Numbered from the stretch's first letter, positions 23,217-35,874 are shown. The stretch is DNA of 64,000 bases from Bacteroidota bacterium (GCA_016714005.1 JADJOA010000005.1:35027-99026), one strand, 5' to 3'. The notes: generated by a model not told the origin, from the letters alone. Numbers and translations: made by a program.

Positions 23217-24242
23217 AGTTGATTTCAAAAAAAATATCAAAACTTTTATTTGCTGCTGCATGTTGCATGATTTGCATCAATGTTGTTGCACAAGACATTC
23301 ATTTCTCTCAGTTTTATTGTGCACCACTAGTTATAAACCCTGCCAAAACAGGAAATTTTAATGGTGACTATCGTTTCACCGGTATTCACCGCAACCAGTG
23401 GAAATCGGTAACTGTTCCCTATAAAACTTTTTCAGGTTCGTTTGATATGCGCATTAACGAAGCAGAAGAAAGCAAAGGTTTCTTAAGCGCAGGAATTGTT
23501 TTTAATAATGATAAAGCCGGTGATAGCGACTTTGGTTTAACTGAAGGTGCTTTATCTGTTGCGTATTCTTTCTATATTGATAAAGACAAAAAGAATATGA
23601 TTACCGCAGCTCTGCAACCGGGCTTTGCACAAAAAAGTATAAATTACGGCAACCTTACTTTCGATAGTCAATACAATGGTGATGTGTTTGATCCCAGCGC
23701 TCCCACAAATGAACCGTTTAATAAATTAAGCATTACTTATTTTGATATAAACACAGGTTTGCATTTCCGCCATGTAAACGAAGATAAATTTGCCCTCAGT
23801 AGTGGAATAGGTATGCAGCATCTCAACAAACCGGAGCAAAATTTTTTCAGCGATAAGGTTACATTGTTTCCAAGATATGCATTTGACCTAAACCTGGGTA
23901 TTAAAGCAAGTGAGCGTATTTTTTGTTCTTCCATCTTTACTTTATCAAATGCAGGGGAAATTTACTGAGCTAAACGGAGGTGGTAACGTAAAATTAGCGC
24001 TTAGTAAAAACGAAAAAAATGAAATGGCAATTTATCTTGGTGGTTTTTTCCGTACCAAAGATGCAGGCATTGCCCGCGTTGGTTTAGATTACAACAACCT
24101 TCATTTGGGCTTTGCTTATGATTTTAACACCAGCGATCTAGACAGGGCAAGTAATGGAAAAGGTGGTTACGAAATGGCCCTGATTTATATTTTCAAAAAA
24201 GTAAAACCGCTTAAAATTAATCCTCCATGCCCGGTTTATTAA
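23213..24242 (+). CDS. porP: Type IX secretion system membrane protein PorP/SprF family, frameshift near 23930
   Basis: N-term 'AQDIHFSQFYCAPLVINPAKTGNFNGDYRFTGIHRNQWKSV' is the PorP/SprF signature; ATGA overlap with upstream type-B CTD gene; second ORF 23910-24242 is co-linear in another frame. Confidence 0.65.
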
Positions 24243-24248
24243 ACAAAT

Positions 24249-26224
24249 ATGAGTTGCGATATGTGTAAACGATTTTTTCTTTTGCTTTTAGTTCTGTGGA
24301 GTTTTAATAACAATCATTCAAACGCACAATCTTATAATGCCTACATACGTGCAGGCGATAAAGCAATTCAGTCAGGTGATTATTACTCTGCCACATCTTA
24401 TTATTTTGAAGCACTAAAAATTAATAACGATGATGCGGAGGTACTTTATAAAATGGCTGAAGGCAGTCGCATGTTTAACGATTACATTAATGCTGCTAAG
24501 TTTTACCAACAGGTGGTTGTAAAAGATAAAAAGAGTGAGTTTCCTCTTGCTGTGTTTTGGCTTGCACGAATGAAACAATTTTTGGGCGATTATGATAATG
24601 CCAAAACGCTTTTCAGCACCTACCACTCACGCAACATTAGCAACAACGACTATTATACCAATAAAGCAAAAACAGAAATGGCTAATTGTGATTCGGCAAA
24701 AATCATTGTTGCCGACTCTTTAAATGTTGAAATTAAAAACCTTGGCGCTCCCGTAAACAGTGTTTATTCTGATTTTGCTGCACAGCAAGTTGCAGATTCT
24801 GTTCTATATTATTCTTCTTTAAAGTTTGAGATAAAAGGAAAAAAGAAAAGAGGAGGGAAGAAGTATGTATCGCGAATATTGCGTGCGCGAAATGATGATA
24901 ATAAATGGAAGGAGCCTATTGAACTTGGGAAAGTAAATGAGCAGGTAATGCACAACTGCAATGCGTCCATAAGCCCCGATGGAAAATTATGGTGTATGCA
25001 CGTTGCAATTATGTTGGCGCTAACCTTGTTTGTAATTTGTATGAAAGCGCCATGCAAAACGGGCAGTGGGCTGAGGGTGTAAAACTTCCTGCTACGATAA
25101 ATGTACCACGCTACACATCCACACAACCTTGTATAACAAGTGGCGGACCCGATGGTTACATGCTTTATTATGTTACCAATCGCCTGATGGGCAGGTAAAT
25201 TAGATGTATGGAAAGTTCCCCGCAGCGCAAATGGAGTTTACGCTACACCATCCAACATTGGCAACAGCATTAATACAAGTGATGATGATATATCTCCTTT
25301 TATGATAACAAAACACAATCACTTTACTTTTCATCAGAAGGGCATAATGGTTTAGGTGGCTTTGATGTTTACCAAAGTAAATTTAATGGTAGCGATTTTA
25401 CTTCTCCGGTAAACATCGGTTATCCACTAAACACCAGCTATAATGAAGTTTATTTTACTTCTGTTAAAGACTCAAACTATTTATTTTCGAGTAATCGCCT
25501 GGGTTCAATGTATATTAAAGCACGCACTTGCTGCTATGATATTTACAGCGCTAAGCTTTTTCCAAAAATTATTAGTCCTGTTGTTGATGTAAAAAAAGAT
25601 TCAGCTGTTACAAATGTTACTGTTAAAGATTCTGTTTACGAGCGTAACGTTTTTCTCAAACTTTATTTTGATAATGATATACCTGACAGCCGCACGCTTA
25701 AAACCACTACTCTGTTTAATTACGAAGAACTTTACCTCGATTATGTTAACAGGCGTAATGATTATATGAATTCTTTTACTGTGGATTTAACGGATTCGCA
25801 AAAGATAGATGCACAACAAGCCATGAATACTTTTTTTGAAAATAAATTAGAAAAAGGTTTTAAAGGATTGGAAAGATTTTCGGCTTATGTATTAAAATTG
25901 CTTGACGAAGGGAATAAAGTGGAACTGAAAGTGAGAGGCTCTGCAAGCCCACTTGCTAACTCTGCTTATAACACCAATTTATCAAAGAGAAGAATAGTTA
26001 GCATCATCAATTATTGGAAAGAATATAAAGATGAGGCTTTGAACAAATACCTTAAAAACAAGAGCCTTATTATAACACAGGAGCCTGTGGGCGAAAATCT
26101 TACCCAAAAAGGATTGAGCGATAATTTAAAGGATTTACGTAACTCTGTTTACAATCCTAACGTAGCAATGGAACGATACATAGAAGTCGTAAAATTCATT
26201 GTTAACGGAAAAGAAGAATATTAA
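24249..26224 (+). CDS. OmpA-family protein with N-terminal TPR and TolB-like (WD40-like) repeats, fragmented by several apparent frameshifts
   Basis: 24249-25082 signal + TPR-like; middle region readable across frames 'SPDG..LYFSS..GG.G..DIY' (TolB-like repeats); 25508-26224 C-terminal OmpA-like domain (LKVRGSASPLANSAYNTNLSKRRIVSIINYW). Third member of the SprB-like / SprF / OmpA triad. Confidence 0.6.
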
Positions 26225-27870
26225 CGTTTTTTTGTGCAGGCTCTTATTGAGTGGCAGCTTATTGCTTTGTTATACTTTTTCATTCTCACAAAATTTAGTG
26301 GTGAATGGAAGTTTTGAAAATGCCATCTGCCCGGTTCCTCCATCAGGTACAGGGCAACTATCGCAAGCCTCAGGCTGGGAAAACCCTTGCAGCAGTGGGA
26401 GCACCGCTCCGGATTTATTCAGCAGATGCTTTGATAATACACTTGCAGGAGGCACTTGTTTAGAGTTAGCGTTCCGGTAAACTTTGCTGCTGGTAACTGT
26501 GCCGCCCGCACAGGTAATAACTATGCCGGAATTATTTGCTACAGGAGCAACAATATGCTTCGAGAGTACATATCTTCCAATCTATCGGTTGCACTTATTG
26601 CCGGAAAAGTTTACAAAGTTGGATTTTATGCAAAGCGTGCGCCTAATTGCAGATATGCAACCAGTGGTTTGGCAGCGTATCTCTCAGCAGGTAAGCCCAA
26701 CCAAAGTGGTAATGGACTTATAATGCAAACCCCTCAAATTAGTTTTGCAACTCAGCTTATTGATACTACACAATGGACATTAATTGAAGGTTACTTTCTT
26801 CCACAGTCTAATCTCAATTATATAACTATCGGTAATTTTAAAAATGATGCTCAGTCTGCCATTCTGGATTTAGGAAGCGCTCCAAATACCGTTTGTCTTG
26901 ATCGTAACTCGTATTATTTTATTGAGGATGTATTTGTTGAGGAAGTAGTAGAAAATCTTTCTATTGATGGTGATACAGTAGTTTGTACAGGTGGGACCAC
27001 AACATTAACCGCATCATCTACCCACCCGTTTTGGTGGAGTACAGCAAGTAACCCTACGGATACATTTAGCCTTCAGCAAAGTATAACAGTAAATCCGTTA
27101 ATAGAACCAGCTTTTATACTTAATGGTTTCTTTCAAAAGAAATCTGTTTCAATAGATGTTATCTCTCCTCCGGCTGTAAATCTGGGTGTTGATACTACCA
27201 TTTGCGAAGGAGAAACACTTCAACTGCACGCAGCAAATATGGGCTGCAATTACGTTTGGTCAACAAATGAAAAGGAGGAATATGTGGAGGTTAAAAATTC
27301 CGGAACTTATTGGGTAGATGTAACAAACCAAGGTTGCACAGTAAGCGATACAGTTAATGTAAATGTTGAATTAGTGCCGGACATTAGTCTTGGTTTAGAT
27401 TCACTTTTTTGTTTAACAGATTACGATTCATTAGTCCTTGATGCAGGAGAAGGCAACAGTTACTTGTGGAGCCCCACCGGAGAAACAACACGTTATAAAA
27501 GCGTTTCAATACCGGGTAATTATTCAGTAACTGTTATTTACTCAAACGGATGCAGCAATGTCGATTCAATTACAGCATTGGAAACATGCCAGCCCAAAAT
27601 ATTTATTCCTAAAGCATTTTCTCCTAACAACGATTTGCTTAACGATAACTTTAAACCTTATGCAACTAATATTTTAGGATTTGAAATGACAATAGTTAAC
27701 CGCTGGGGGCAAACTGTTTTTAATGCAAACGATAAAGCCGGGACGGAAAGTTTAAACAAAAGAATGCACCACAAGGCGTGTATGTTTACCAGATAACCTG
27801 TTACATTATTAATGAGGTAGGCAAACGTGTAGCATTGAACCTAAACGGATGGGTTGCATTAATTGAATAA
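26199..27870 (+). CDS. Second cell-surface protein with gliding-motility-associated (T9SS type B) C-terminal domain, frameshifts near 26470 and 27770
   Basis: Signal peptide (LCRLLLSGSLLLCYTFSFSQ); C-term 'CQPKIFIPKAFSPNNDLLNDNFKPY...NRWGQTVF' then, after a frame change, '...PQGVYVYQITCYIINEVGKRVALNLNGWVALIE*' (canonical end of type-B CTD). Confidence 0.55.
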
Positions 27871-27904
27871 TCAGATAAAATAATAAGATGTTTCTTACAC
27901 TTAA

Positions 27905-29184
27905 GTAATCAAAACTAAGTGTACTTTGTTTTAAACCCTAAGAGGCTTAAGACCTTAAAGTAGTCTTTAAATGACTTGGAAACACATTCGTAATCATCAA
28001 GCTCAATGTGGTTTGTTTTAAGTGCAAGTGGCACAAAACTCATAGCCATGCGATGGTCTGAGTACGTTTTAATTATTTTCTGAGTGGGTTCAATTTTTGA
28101 ACGTTCAAGAATTTTAAGTTTTGAAAAATAGCAGAAGTCTGTTTTAATATTCAGTTTGTAAGCCTCCCGCTGAAAAGCATAAGCCCTGTTGGATTCTTTT
28201 TATTACAAGGTTTTTTAAACCATGTAAATCAGATACCACATTTAATCCGCCACAAGTTGCAGCTACAGGCAATGCAAGGTCGGGTGTGTTAGTAAAGTTA
28301 AACGTGAAATAATCAGGTACCACGCTTTTTGTTTTTGTAATAACTATTCCGCTTTTATTATTGCTTGTTTTAACTCCAAACAATTTAAAAATTTCTTTAG
28401 TAACCTCATCGCCTTGGAAGCTATTTGGCAAAAGGTTGTTTATTGTTATCTCGGCATTGTTACTCAAAGCAGCAATCTCATAGATAAATGCAGCAGCACT
28501 CCAATCGGCATTAATAGTAAAATTGGTAGCAGCGTACTTTTGCTTTTTAATTACAATGCTGTTTTCTTCTTGCTTAACCATTATTCCAGACTGCACCATC
28601 ATTTGGGCAGTCATGCTTATGTACGGTTGAGAGCTTATCGCATTTGTTAACGTTATCTCTAAACCTTTATCAAGAGATGGAGCAATCATCATTAGTGCCG
28701 AAACAAACTGGCTGCTTTCAGATGCATCAATACTCACCTTGTTTTGTTTGCTGAGCGATGAAGGTTTAATTCTAATAGGAGGGAAGCCTTCCTTGTCTAA
28801 ATAAGTAATGTCTGCTCCAAGTGTTTTTAGAGCATCAACCAATTTACCTATTGGGCGCAGCAACATCCTTTCACTGCCCGTAATTACTTTTTCTTGTTGA
28901 GTAGAGCAGTAGTAAGCAGTTAAAAACCTTAAAACAGTTCCGGCATTTTCGCAATTAGCTTCATCTGCATTACTACTAAGTAGCTTTTGCAAAAGGATAG
29001 TATCATCGGCATCTGATAAATTTTGTATATTACAAACATTACCACTCAGTGCATTAATAATAAGCGCCCTGTTGCTTTCGCTTTTACTATGTGGTAAACT
29101 TATTTCAGCTGAAAGTTTTTTTGTGTCAGGATGCGTTATTGTAATACCTTTCATGTTCGAGTTTGTAAATAGCAATAGCATCAA
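27905..29184 (-). CDS. aroA: 3-phosphoshikimate 1-carboxyvinyltransferase (EPSP synthase), frameshift near 28200
   Basis: 'LPHSKSESNRALIINALS...AGTVLRFLTAYY...' N-terminal motifs; after the ORF stop at 28144 the C-terminus continues in another frame ('...KTYSDHRMAMSFVPLALKTNHIELDDYECVSKSFKDYFKVLSLLGF'). Confidence 0.8.
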
Positions 29185-29210
29185 GCATATCTTGTTTGCT
29201 GCAGGTGTTA

Positions 29211-30179
29211 TTAATAGAAGCTTCTCCTATTTTGTTCAGCAAAAGTAAAATTAACTTTTCCCGAAACGTTTTTTTTGTCTGCTAGTAAAAATTTTTCAAG
29301 GTATTTTAAAGATGGCACATGAGGGGGGGGGAAATGTTTAAAAACACAGTCACCAATCGCTACTATTTCGTTTAAACTTAGTTTGTTATTTTTGAATGAA
29401 AGGCAACTTTCAATAAAAATACCTGCAGCAACGGCTTCTCCGTGTAAGATATCTAATTCGTTTTGTAAGTAGTAGCTTTCGATGGCATGTCCTATGGTAT
29501 GTCCGAAGTTTAAAAGTTTTCTATAGTTAGCTTCTTTAAAATCTTTTTCCGTAATTTTTGTTTTTACAGTAATAGATTTTTTAAGTACTTCTTCCGTCAC
29601 ATTAAAATCTTTCTCAATCAAATTCCATAAACTTTGATCTGCAATTAAAGCATGTTTAAGAATTTCTGCCTTGCCGCTGTTTAAATGTCTTGGAGGGAGT
29701 GTTGTTAAAAACTCGCGGTGAATAACGGTGGCATGTGGTTGCGTAAAGCTTCCTATCATGTTCTTGAAATGCAAAAAGTCTACACCGGTTTTACCGCCAA
29801 TGGCAGCATCCGTCATTGCCAATAAGGTAGTGGGTATGTTTACAAAGGCTATTCCTCTTTTGTAAACCGATGCAGCAAACCCTCCAATATCACAAACAGT
29901 GCCACCACCTAAATTTATCAGCAATGTATTTCGATCTGCATTCTTATTAAGTAAAGCCTTCCAGATAATTTCGCAGGTAGCTAAGGTTTTATTCTGTTCG
30001 CCCGATTTAATTTTTATTTCAGTAAAAGGTAAAACACCAATGTGTTTTTTAAAAACAGGCAGGCATTGTTTAGATGTGTTATTATCCGTTAAAACAAAAA
30101 CCTTTGAATGTTTAAATTTTGAAACCAGCAGTTTCCTTAGCTTCCTTAACGAATCCTTTCCTGTAATAATTACACTCAA
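29211..30179 (-). CDS. aroB: 3-dehydroquinate synthase (C-terminal ~30 aa possibly displaced by a frameshift near 29250)
   Basis: 'LINLGGGTVCDIGGFAASVYKRGIAFVNIPTTLLAMTDAAIGGKTGVDF' NAD/metal-binding core of AroB. Contains a G10/C10 homopolymer at 29324-29333. An alternative frame continues to a TGA overlapping the aroA start. Confidence 0.75.
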   Translation of the reverse strand: MSVIITGKDSLRKLRKLLVSKFKHSKVFVLTDNNTSKQCLPVFKKHIGVLPFTEIKIKSGEQNKTLATCEIIWKALLNKNADRNTLLINLGGGTVCDIGGFAASVYKRGIAFVNIPTTLLAMTDAAIGGKTGVDFLHFKNMIGSFTQPHATVIHREFLTTLPPRHLNSGKAEILKHALIADQSLWNLIEKDFNVTEEVLKKSITVKTKITEKDFKEANYRKLLNFGHTIGHAIESYYLQNELDILHGEAVAAGIFIESCLSFKNNKLSLNEIVAIGDCVFKHFPPPHVPSLKYLEKFLLADKKNVSGKVNFTFAEQNRRSFY

Positions 30180-30194
30180 AGCTATTGCTTAAAA

Positions 30195-31337
30195 TTATTG
30201 TTCTAACTTTTTTTCCGAATCAATATTCATTTGCATTGTTTGCTGGTAAATAGATTCGAGGTGAATGCTGTTAAGCAGATTTAATAAAAACTCGCGCGTA
30301 AGCTGTTTTTCAATTCCCGACTGTGTGCGCGTACGTAATATTTCCTCCCAGCGTTCAGGTTGAAGTATGGCTACGTTATTCTTCTTCTTGTATTTGCCAA
30401 TGGTTCTTGCCACATTCATGCGGTGTGCCAGCTTCTCAATTATCTCGGCATCTATCTCATCAATCTGGTCGCGCAGGTCTTCTAACTTACTTAACTCAAA
30501 CACATCATCAACCGATGCCGAGCGCACTACTAATTTTTGCACCAACTCTTTAAACTCAGTAGGTGTAAGTTGCTGCTGTGCATCGCTCAATGCTTGGGAA
30601 GGGTTATTGTGCACTTCAATCATTAAACCATCGTATTGTAAATCTAACGCTACCTGGCTTACATAATTTATTAACTGTGTGTTGCCGCAAATATGACTTG
30701 GATCGCAAATCAATGGTAATGCAGGAACTTTACGTCTTAACTCAATAGCTATTTCCCAAAAAGGTTTGTTGCGATATAAATGCTTTTCATAGCTCGAAAA
30801 GCCGCGGTGTATGGCAGCAACTCTGTTTATGCCTGCTTTGTTTATTCGCTCAATAGCGCCCAGCCATAAGTCCACATCGGGGTTAACGGGGTTCTTTACA
30901 AAAACAGGTATATCCACTCCGTTAAGAGAATTGGCAATCTCCTGAACTAAAAATGGATTAACTGTAGTGCGCGCTCCTATCCAAAAAAAATCAATGCCTG
31001 CCTTTAAAGCCTCTTCTACATGCTGTGGATTGGCAACCTCTGTTATTGCAGGCAGCCCAACGGCAGTGCTAACTTCTTTTATCCAGCTTAAAGCCACATT
31101 TCCCTTACCTTCAAATGCACCGGGACGTGTGCGTGGTTTCCATGCACCGGCACGTATAATATGTGCTCCACTTAATTTCAAATCCTTTACAGAATTAAAA
31201 AGCTGATCGGGGTTTTCGGCACTACAAGGACCTGCAATTAATAAAGGAGTTTGATGCGGAAACCAGGATTTGAGAGGAAGCAATGTGTATGGTGTTTCTT
31301 GTTTTATGTTTGGAGTGTTATAATGATTAAAACTCAC
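30195..31337 (-). CDS. Bifunctional 3-deoxy-7-phosphoheptulonate (DAHP) synthase / chorismate mutase
   Basis: N-terminal KDSA-like DAHP synthase fold ([13 protein letters not shown]...HRGFSSYE), C-terminal ~90 aa AroQ chorismate mutase ([37 protein letters not shown]); intact ORF. Confidence 0.75.
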   Translation of the reverse strand: MSFNHYNTPNIKQETPYTLLPLKSWFPHQTPLLIAGPCSAENPDQLFNSVKDLKLSGAHIIRAGAWKPRTRPGAFEGKGNVALSWIKEVSTAVGLPAITEVANPQHVEEALKAGIDFFWIGARTTVNPFLVQEIANSLNGVDIPVFVKNPVNPDVDLWLGAIERINKAGINRVAAIHRGFSSYEKHLYRNKPFWEIAIELRRKVPALPLICDPSHICGNTQLINYVSQVALDLQYDGLMIEVHNNPSQALSDAQQQLTPTEFKELVQKLVVRSASVDDVFELSKLEDLRDQIDEIDAEIIEKLAHRMNVARTIGKYKKKNNVAILQPERWEEILRTRTQSGIEKQLTREFLLNLLNSIHLESIYQQTMQMNIDSEKKLEQ

Positions 31338-32558
31338 TAAATGTTTTCTTTATAATATCAACACACTCCATTAGCTGTTCTTCGGTAATAACCAACGGAG
31401 GTGCAAACCTTATTATATCGCCATGTGTTGGTTTGGCAAGCAACCCGTTTTCAGCCAGCTTAATGCAAAACTGCCATGCGTCTTTTCCTTCATGCGGTTT
31501 TATAACAATTGCATTGAGCAACCCTTTGCCTCGCACTGTTACCAACTGCTCATGCATAATGGCTCTTAATTCGGCACGAAGCATTTCGCCAAGGTAAGCA
31601 GCGTTTTCCGAAAGATTTTCAACCATCACCACCTCCATAGCCGCAGTTGCCACTGCACAGGCAAGCGGGTTGCCGCCATAAGTAGAGCCATGCTCACCAG
31701 GCTGTATGCAAAGCATTATCTCATCATCAGCCAAAACAGCGCTAACCGGAAGCACGCCTCCGCTTAATGCTTTACCCAATATTAAAATATCAGGGCGAAC
31801 ATCTTCGTGCTCGCATGCAAGCATTTTCCGGTGCGCGCTATGCCTGTTTGTATTTCATCGGCAATAAAGAGCACATTGGCATTTTTGCAAAGACTATAAG
31901 CCCTATGCAGGAAACCATCATCAGGAACAATTACGCCTGCTTCGCCCTGTATAGGCTCAACCAAAAAGGCAGCCACCGTTGGGTCTTCCAGTGCAGCGCT
32001 TAATGCCTCCGTATCGTTATAAGGAATGGTAATATAACCAGGTGTATAAGGACCGAAATCTTTTGTGGCTGTTGTATCGGTACTTGCCGATATAATAGAA
32101 ATGGTACGACCATGAAAATTGCCTTCACAAAAAATAATCTTTGCCTGGTTGCGCGCAATATCTTTTTCCTCGTATGCCCATTTGCGCGCAAGCTTTATGG
32201 CTGTTTCCACTGCTTCGGCACCGCTGTTCATAGGCAGCACTTTATCGTAACCAAATAATTTTGACAAAAACTTTTCGTACTCACCCAATTTACTGTTGTA
32301 AAATGCGCGAGATGTAAGTGTAAGCTCTTTTGCCTGCGTAACTAATGCATTAATAATTTTAGGATGGCAGTGCCCCTGGTTTAATGCACTGTAAGCCGAT
32401 AAAAAATCGTAATAACGTTTGCCTTCTGCATCCCACACAAAAACACCTTCGCCTTTGGCAATAACCACTGGCAGCGGATGATAGTTGTGTGCACCATATT
32501 TATCTTCTAAAGCAACGTAATCGTGACTCGTCATTTTACTGAGCGTTTCTAAGTTCAT
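31327..32558 (-). CDS. rocD: Ornithine aminotransferase (class III PLP aminotransferase), frameshift near 31810
   Basis: '[43 protein letters not shown]' typical of ornithine-oxo-acid transaminase; PLP lysine region '[12 protein letters not shown]' in the second fragment (31327-31824). Confidence 0.7.
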
Positions 32559-32890
32559 AAAGTGTTTGTTTTATGTTGCGAATATAGGTATTAGGCACTA
32601 TGTTTTTAATGCCTTATGTAACACTTATTGTGAGCGAATGGTTGGTTAAAACTCTGTGACGTATAAAACAAAGGCAAGGGCCCTATATATTGATTGATTA
32701 AAGCCTTTATATTATTGTAAAGGTTTTTTTTATATAGTGAGGGCTGAGGATTAGTGCTTACTTTTTGTTTTTCCCATTCGTAAATCGTAAAATTTTCTCG
32801 CGTTTGAATAATAGCGTTTAATGGCTCAATTATATTTTTACTTTTACATAAGCTTCAGAAAATAATTTTTAACACCTTAAACTTAATTAC

Positions 32891-35791
32891 ATGGCTAAAC
32901 TCTACTCTTTAACATCCATTATTCTGTTGGCATTTTGTTTTAATTCAATTGCACAACAATCAACTATAAGGAAAGACAAAATTGTTCCTGTTACAAAGCC
33001 TATAGGGGCTGAAATGCATATCCCGGTAAGGGATATTAACCCAACGGTTGCTGCTCCAGCCAGTTCATCTGCTACACCATTATTTACCGTAATTGGATAT
33101 ACAACCTACGATTTGCAAACCAACAAATCGGCAACCAACTCGCTTTACAATAACGGAAACAACATTGGCGGTGCATGGACCTTTAGTAGTGACCCGGGCG
33201 GCAATTATCCTGACCGTGGAACCGCTGTAAACCATAGCGGCACCAACGGCACAACGTGGCAGGCGCAACCCGGTGTAAGAATTGTAGCCAACCGCACAGG
33301 GTGGGGAAATATTGATATGCTTGGCACCGGTGAATGCTTTCTTGCGCATAAGGGTAATGATTCGTTACAATTTTATTATCGCCCCACGCAGGGAACAGGT
33401 TCATGGGTAGGCTCAGGTGTTCCTTATTCGCTGGTTGCTCCTGTGTGGCCGCGGATGAAAACCGGTGGAGCAAATGGCCAGTCGGTTCATGTTATTGCAT
33501 GTTCTCAGGCACTGCCACCTTTGGTAAACGGAATGTTAAGCCCTATGATGTATTACCGGTCGCTTGATGGCGGAGTAACGTGGGATCAGTCAGATGTTTT
33601 TTTGCCGGGAGTAGATTCAACTCATTATTACGAAATGGCTGCTGATGCCTATGCAATAGATGTAAAAGGAGATATTGTAGCCATTGTGCATGCTGGGTTA
33701 ACTAATGATTTTATTTTGTGGAAGTCATTTGATAATGGATCCACATGGTTAAGAACAGTAATAAAGAATTTTCCTGTTGCTGCCTATAATCAAAACACAA
33801 TGAATACTGATTTAAACCTGGATGGTGCAGGAGATACAGTTGAAACCACCGATGGCAGCGTGGAAGTACTGATAGATAACAACGGAATGGTACATTGCTG
33901 GGTAGGAAGAATGTTTGTGCTACAGGATCCCGGTTCAAGCCTTGGTTATCTTCCAACTTCTGATGGTCTGTTTTACTGGAATGAGCAATTTCCGCTGGCT
34001 AACCCGGTTGTTCTGGTTTCAGCGCTAACCAGCGGAGGGCTACAAAATATTGGTCCCAATATTCCTACATATAATACAAGCCTTTGCAGTATGCCAACTG
34101 CAGGTATTGATAATACGTCCAACATCTATCTTGCATACTCTGCAATAGTTGAAGGCACAATAAATGGTGCCGGGCTTCAAAGTTACCGGAATGTTTATTG
34201 CATTAAATCACCAGATAATGGTCAAACATGGTCAGCACCTGTAAATCTGTCTGATGATAATTTTTCTGAAGCTGTTTACCCGGTAATGGCAAGAGATGCT
34301 GACTCTTTTATTCATATAAAGTGGATGCTTGATGGAGAACCCGGTACAGCATTACTTGAGAGTGACCCCATTAGTACAAATGATATTGTTTATGATCAGG
34401 AAGATACAACAGGATTATTTACATCGTTTGCTCCGCTGCCCCCTCATCAGAATATATTCAGCGGAACAGTATTTTTTGATGCCAATCAAAACGGAGTAAA
34501 AGACCCGGGAGAGAATGGAATGTGGCAGCAAGCAATTTTGCTTTTGCCAAGCAATGTTGTTTACTATACGAGCACCAATGGTGAGTTTAATTTTTTTGCC
34601 GACAGTGGCACTCATACAGTGCAGGTTTTACCGGGTACTAATTTTCAACTGACATCTGCGGCTACATATAACGTTACAGCAGGAGTAGGGCAAATTTTTT
34701 CAAATCTTGATTTTGGTCTTACAGGAATATCTCCTGCGTCAAGTTTAATTTCATGGCTCACAGGGAGTGTGGCACGATGCAACGGCAATGTTAATCATTG
34801 GATTAACTACGCCAATGACGGGAATATGGCACTAAATGGTGTTATTAAATTTGTAAAAGATCCTGATATGACTTTTGTTCAGAGCAACCCGCCATTTAAT
34901 TCCAGTAATGGCGACACACTGTTTTGGAATTATTCTAACCTGCTTCCGTTCGAGCAAAGATCAGTTTTGCTAATATTAAACATTTCACCTCCTGCATTAA
35001 ATCCCGGAGATACGGTTATTAACTGTGCAGAGATTAATTTTCATGTCTCAAGTACAAGCAGTAATTGTCTGCAGCAGATTGTTGTTTGCTCATTCGATCC
35101 TAATGATAAAATGGTTACACCGGCAGGAGTGGGGGCTTCGCATTACACGCTGTTGTCCGATACATTACAATACACTATCCGTTTTCAAAACACAGGAACG
35201 GATACTGCATTTACCGTAAGAATAAAGGATACACTTGACCCTTGGTTTGATTTGAATTCATTTAAGCTGCTGACAGCAAGCCATCCTGTTCAAACAAGAC
35301 TGAATAATGACGGCTCCCTTGAATTTTTATTTGCCAACATTCTGTTACCTGACAGTAATACAAACCAGGCAGCAAGCAACGGGTTTGTGAAATATGCCGT
35401 TAAACCCAAAGCATCAACACCACCATTTACAACAGTTTATAACACTGCATATATATTTTTCGATTTTAATGACCTGATTGCTACCAACACCACTTTTAAT
35501 ACACTTATAAATACGCTTGGTACTAATGATAATGCCACGGGAAATAATGCTGTACTTGTTTATCCAAATCCTTTTAAAGAATACATTCAGATAAAGTTTT
35601 CTAATACAACAGGTAAAGAGCTTAGGTTAGAAATTACCGATTTAGCAGGAAGGGTATTTCATAGAGTGCCTGCTATTACAACTGAGAGTGTACTGATTAG
35701 CACGAAAAATATTTCTGGTGGAATTTATTTTTACAGACTACTCGATATGAGTGATAAAGTTATAGGTAGCGGAAAGATTGTAGCCCAATAA
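32891..35791 (+). CDS. BNR/Asp-box repeat (sialidase-like fold) protein with conserved repeat domain and T9SS C-terminal sorting domain; intact 966-aa ORF
   Basis: Asp-box motifs S-x-D-x-G-x-T-W (SLDGGVTWDQS, SFDNGSTWLRT, SPDNGQTWSAP); signal peptide; C-term 'LVYPNPFKEYIQIKF...ITDLAGRVF...ISGGIYFYRLL' = T9SS CTD. Confidence 0.6.
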   Translation: MAKLYSLTSIILLAFCFNSIAQQSTIRKDKIVPVTKPIGAEMHIPVRDINPTVAAPASSSATPLFTVIGYTTYDLQTNKSATNSLYNNGNNIGGAWTFSSDPGGNYPDRGTAVNHSGTNGTTWQAQPGVRIVANRTGWGNIDMLGTGECFLAHKGNDSLQFYYRPTQGTGSWVGSGVPYSLVAPVWPRMKTGGANGQSVHVIACSQALPPLVNGMLSPMMYYRSLDGGVTWDQSDVFLPGVDSTHYYEMAADAYAIDVKGDIVAIVHAGLTNDFILWKSFDNGSTWLRTVIKNFPVAAYNQNTMNTDLNLDGAGDTVETTDGSVEVLIDNNGMVHCWVGRMFVLQDPGSSLGYLPTSDGLFYWNEQFPLANPVVLVSALTSGGLQNIGPNIPTYNTSLCSMPTAGIDNTSNIYLAYSAIVEGTINGAGLQSYRNVYCIKSPDNGQTWSAPVNLSDDNFSEAVYPVMARDADSFIHIKWMLDGEPGTALLESDPISTNDIVYDQEDTTGLFTSFAPLPPHQNIFSGTVFFDANQNGVKDPGENGMWQQAILLLPSNVVYYTSTNGEFNFFADSGTHTVQVLPGTNFQLTSAATYNVTAGVGQIFSNLDFGLTGISPASSLISWLTGSVARCNGNVNHWINYANDGNMALNGVIKFVKDPDMTFVQSNPPFNSSNGDTLFWNYSNLLPFEQRSVLLILNISPPALNPGDTVINCAEINFHVSSTSSNCLQQIVVCSFDPNDKMVTPAGVGASHYTLLSDTLQYTIRFQNTGTDTAFTVRIKDTLDPWFDLNSFKLLTASHPVQTRLNNDGSLEFLFANILLPDSNTNQAASNGFVKYAVKPKASTPPFTTVYNTAYIFFDFNDLIATNTTFNTLINTLGTNDNATGNNAVLVYPNPFKEYIQIKFSNTTGKELRLEITDLAGRVFHRVPAITTESVLISTKNISGGIYFYRLLDMSDKVIGSGKIVAQ

Positions 35792-35874
35792 TAAAGCAAT
35801 AGATGCATAGCCAGCGCGTTGTTAAAAGTATACCAGAGTTTGATTTTTATAAATAACTGTATTTTTATTCTACA

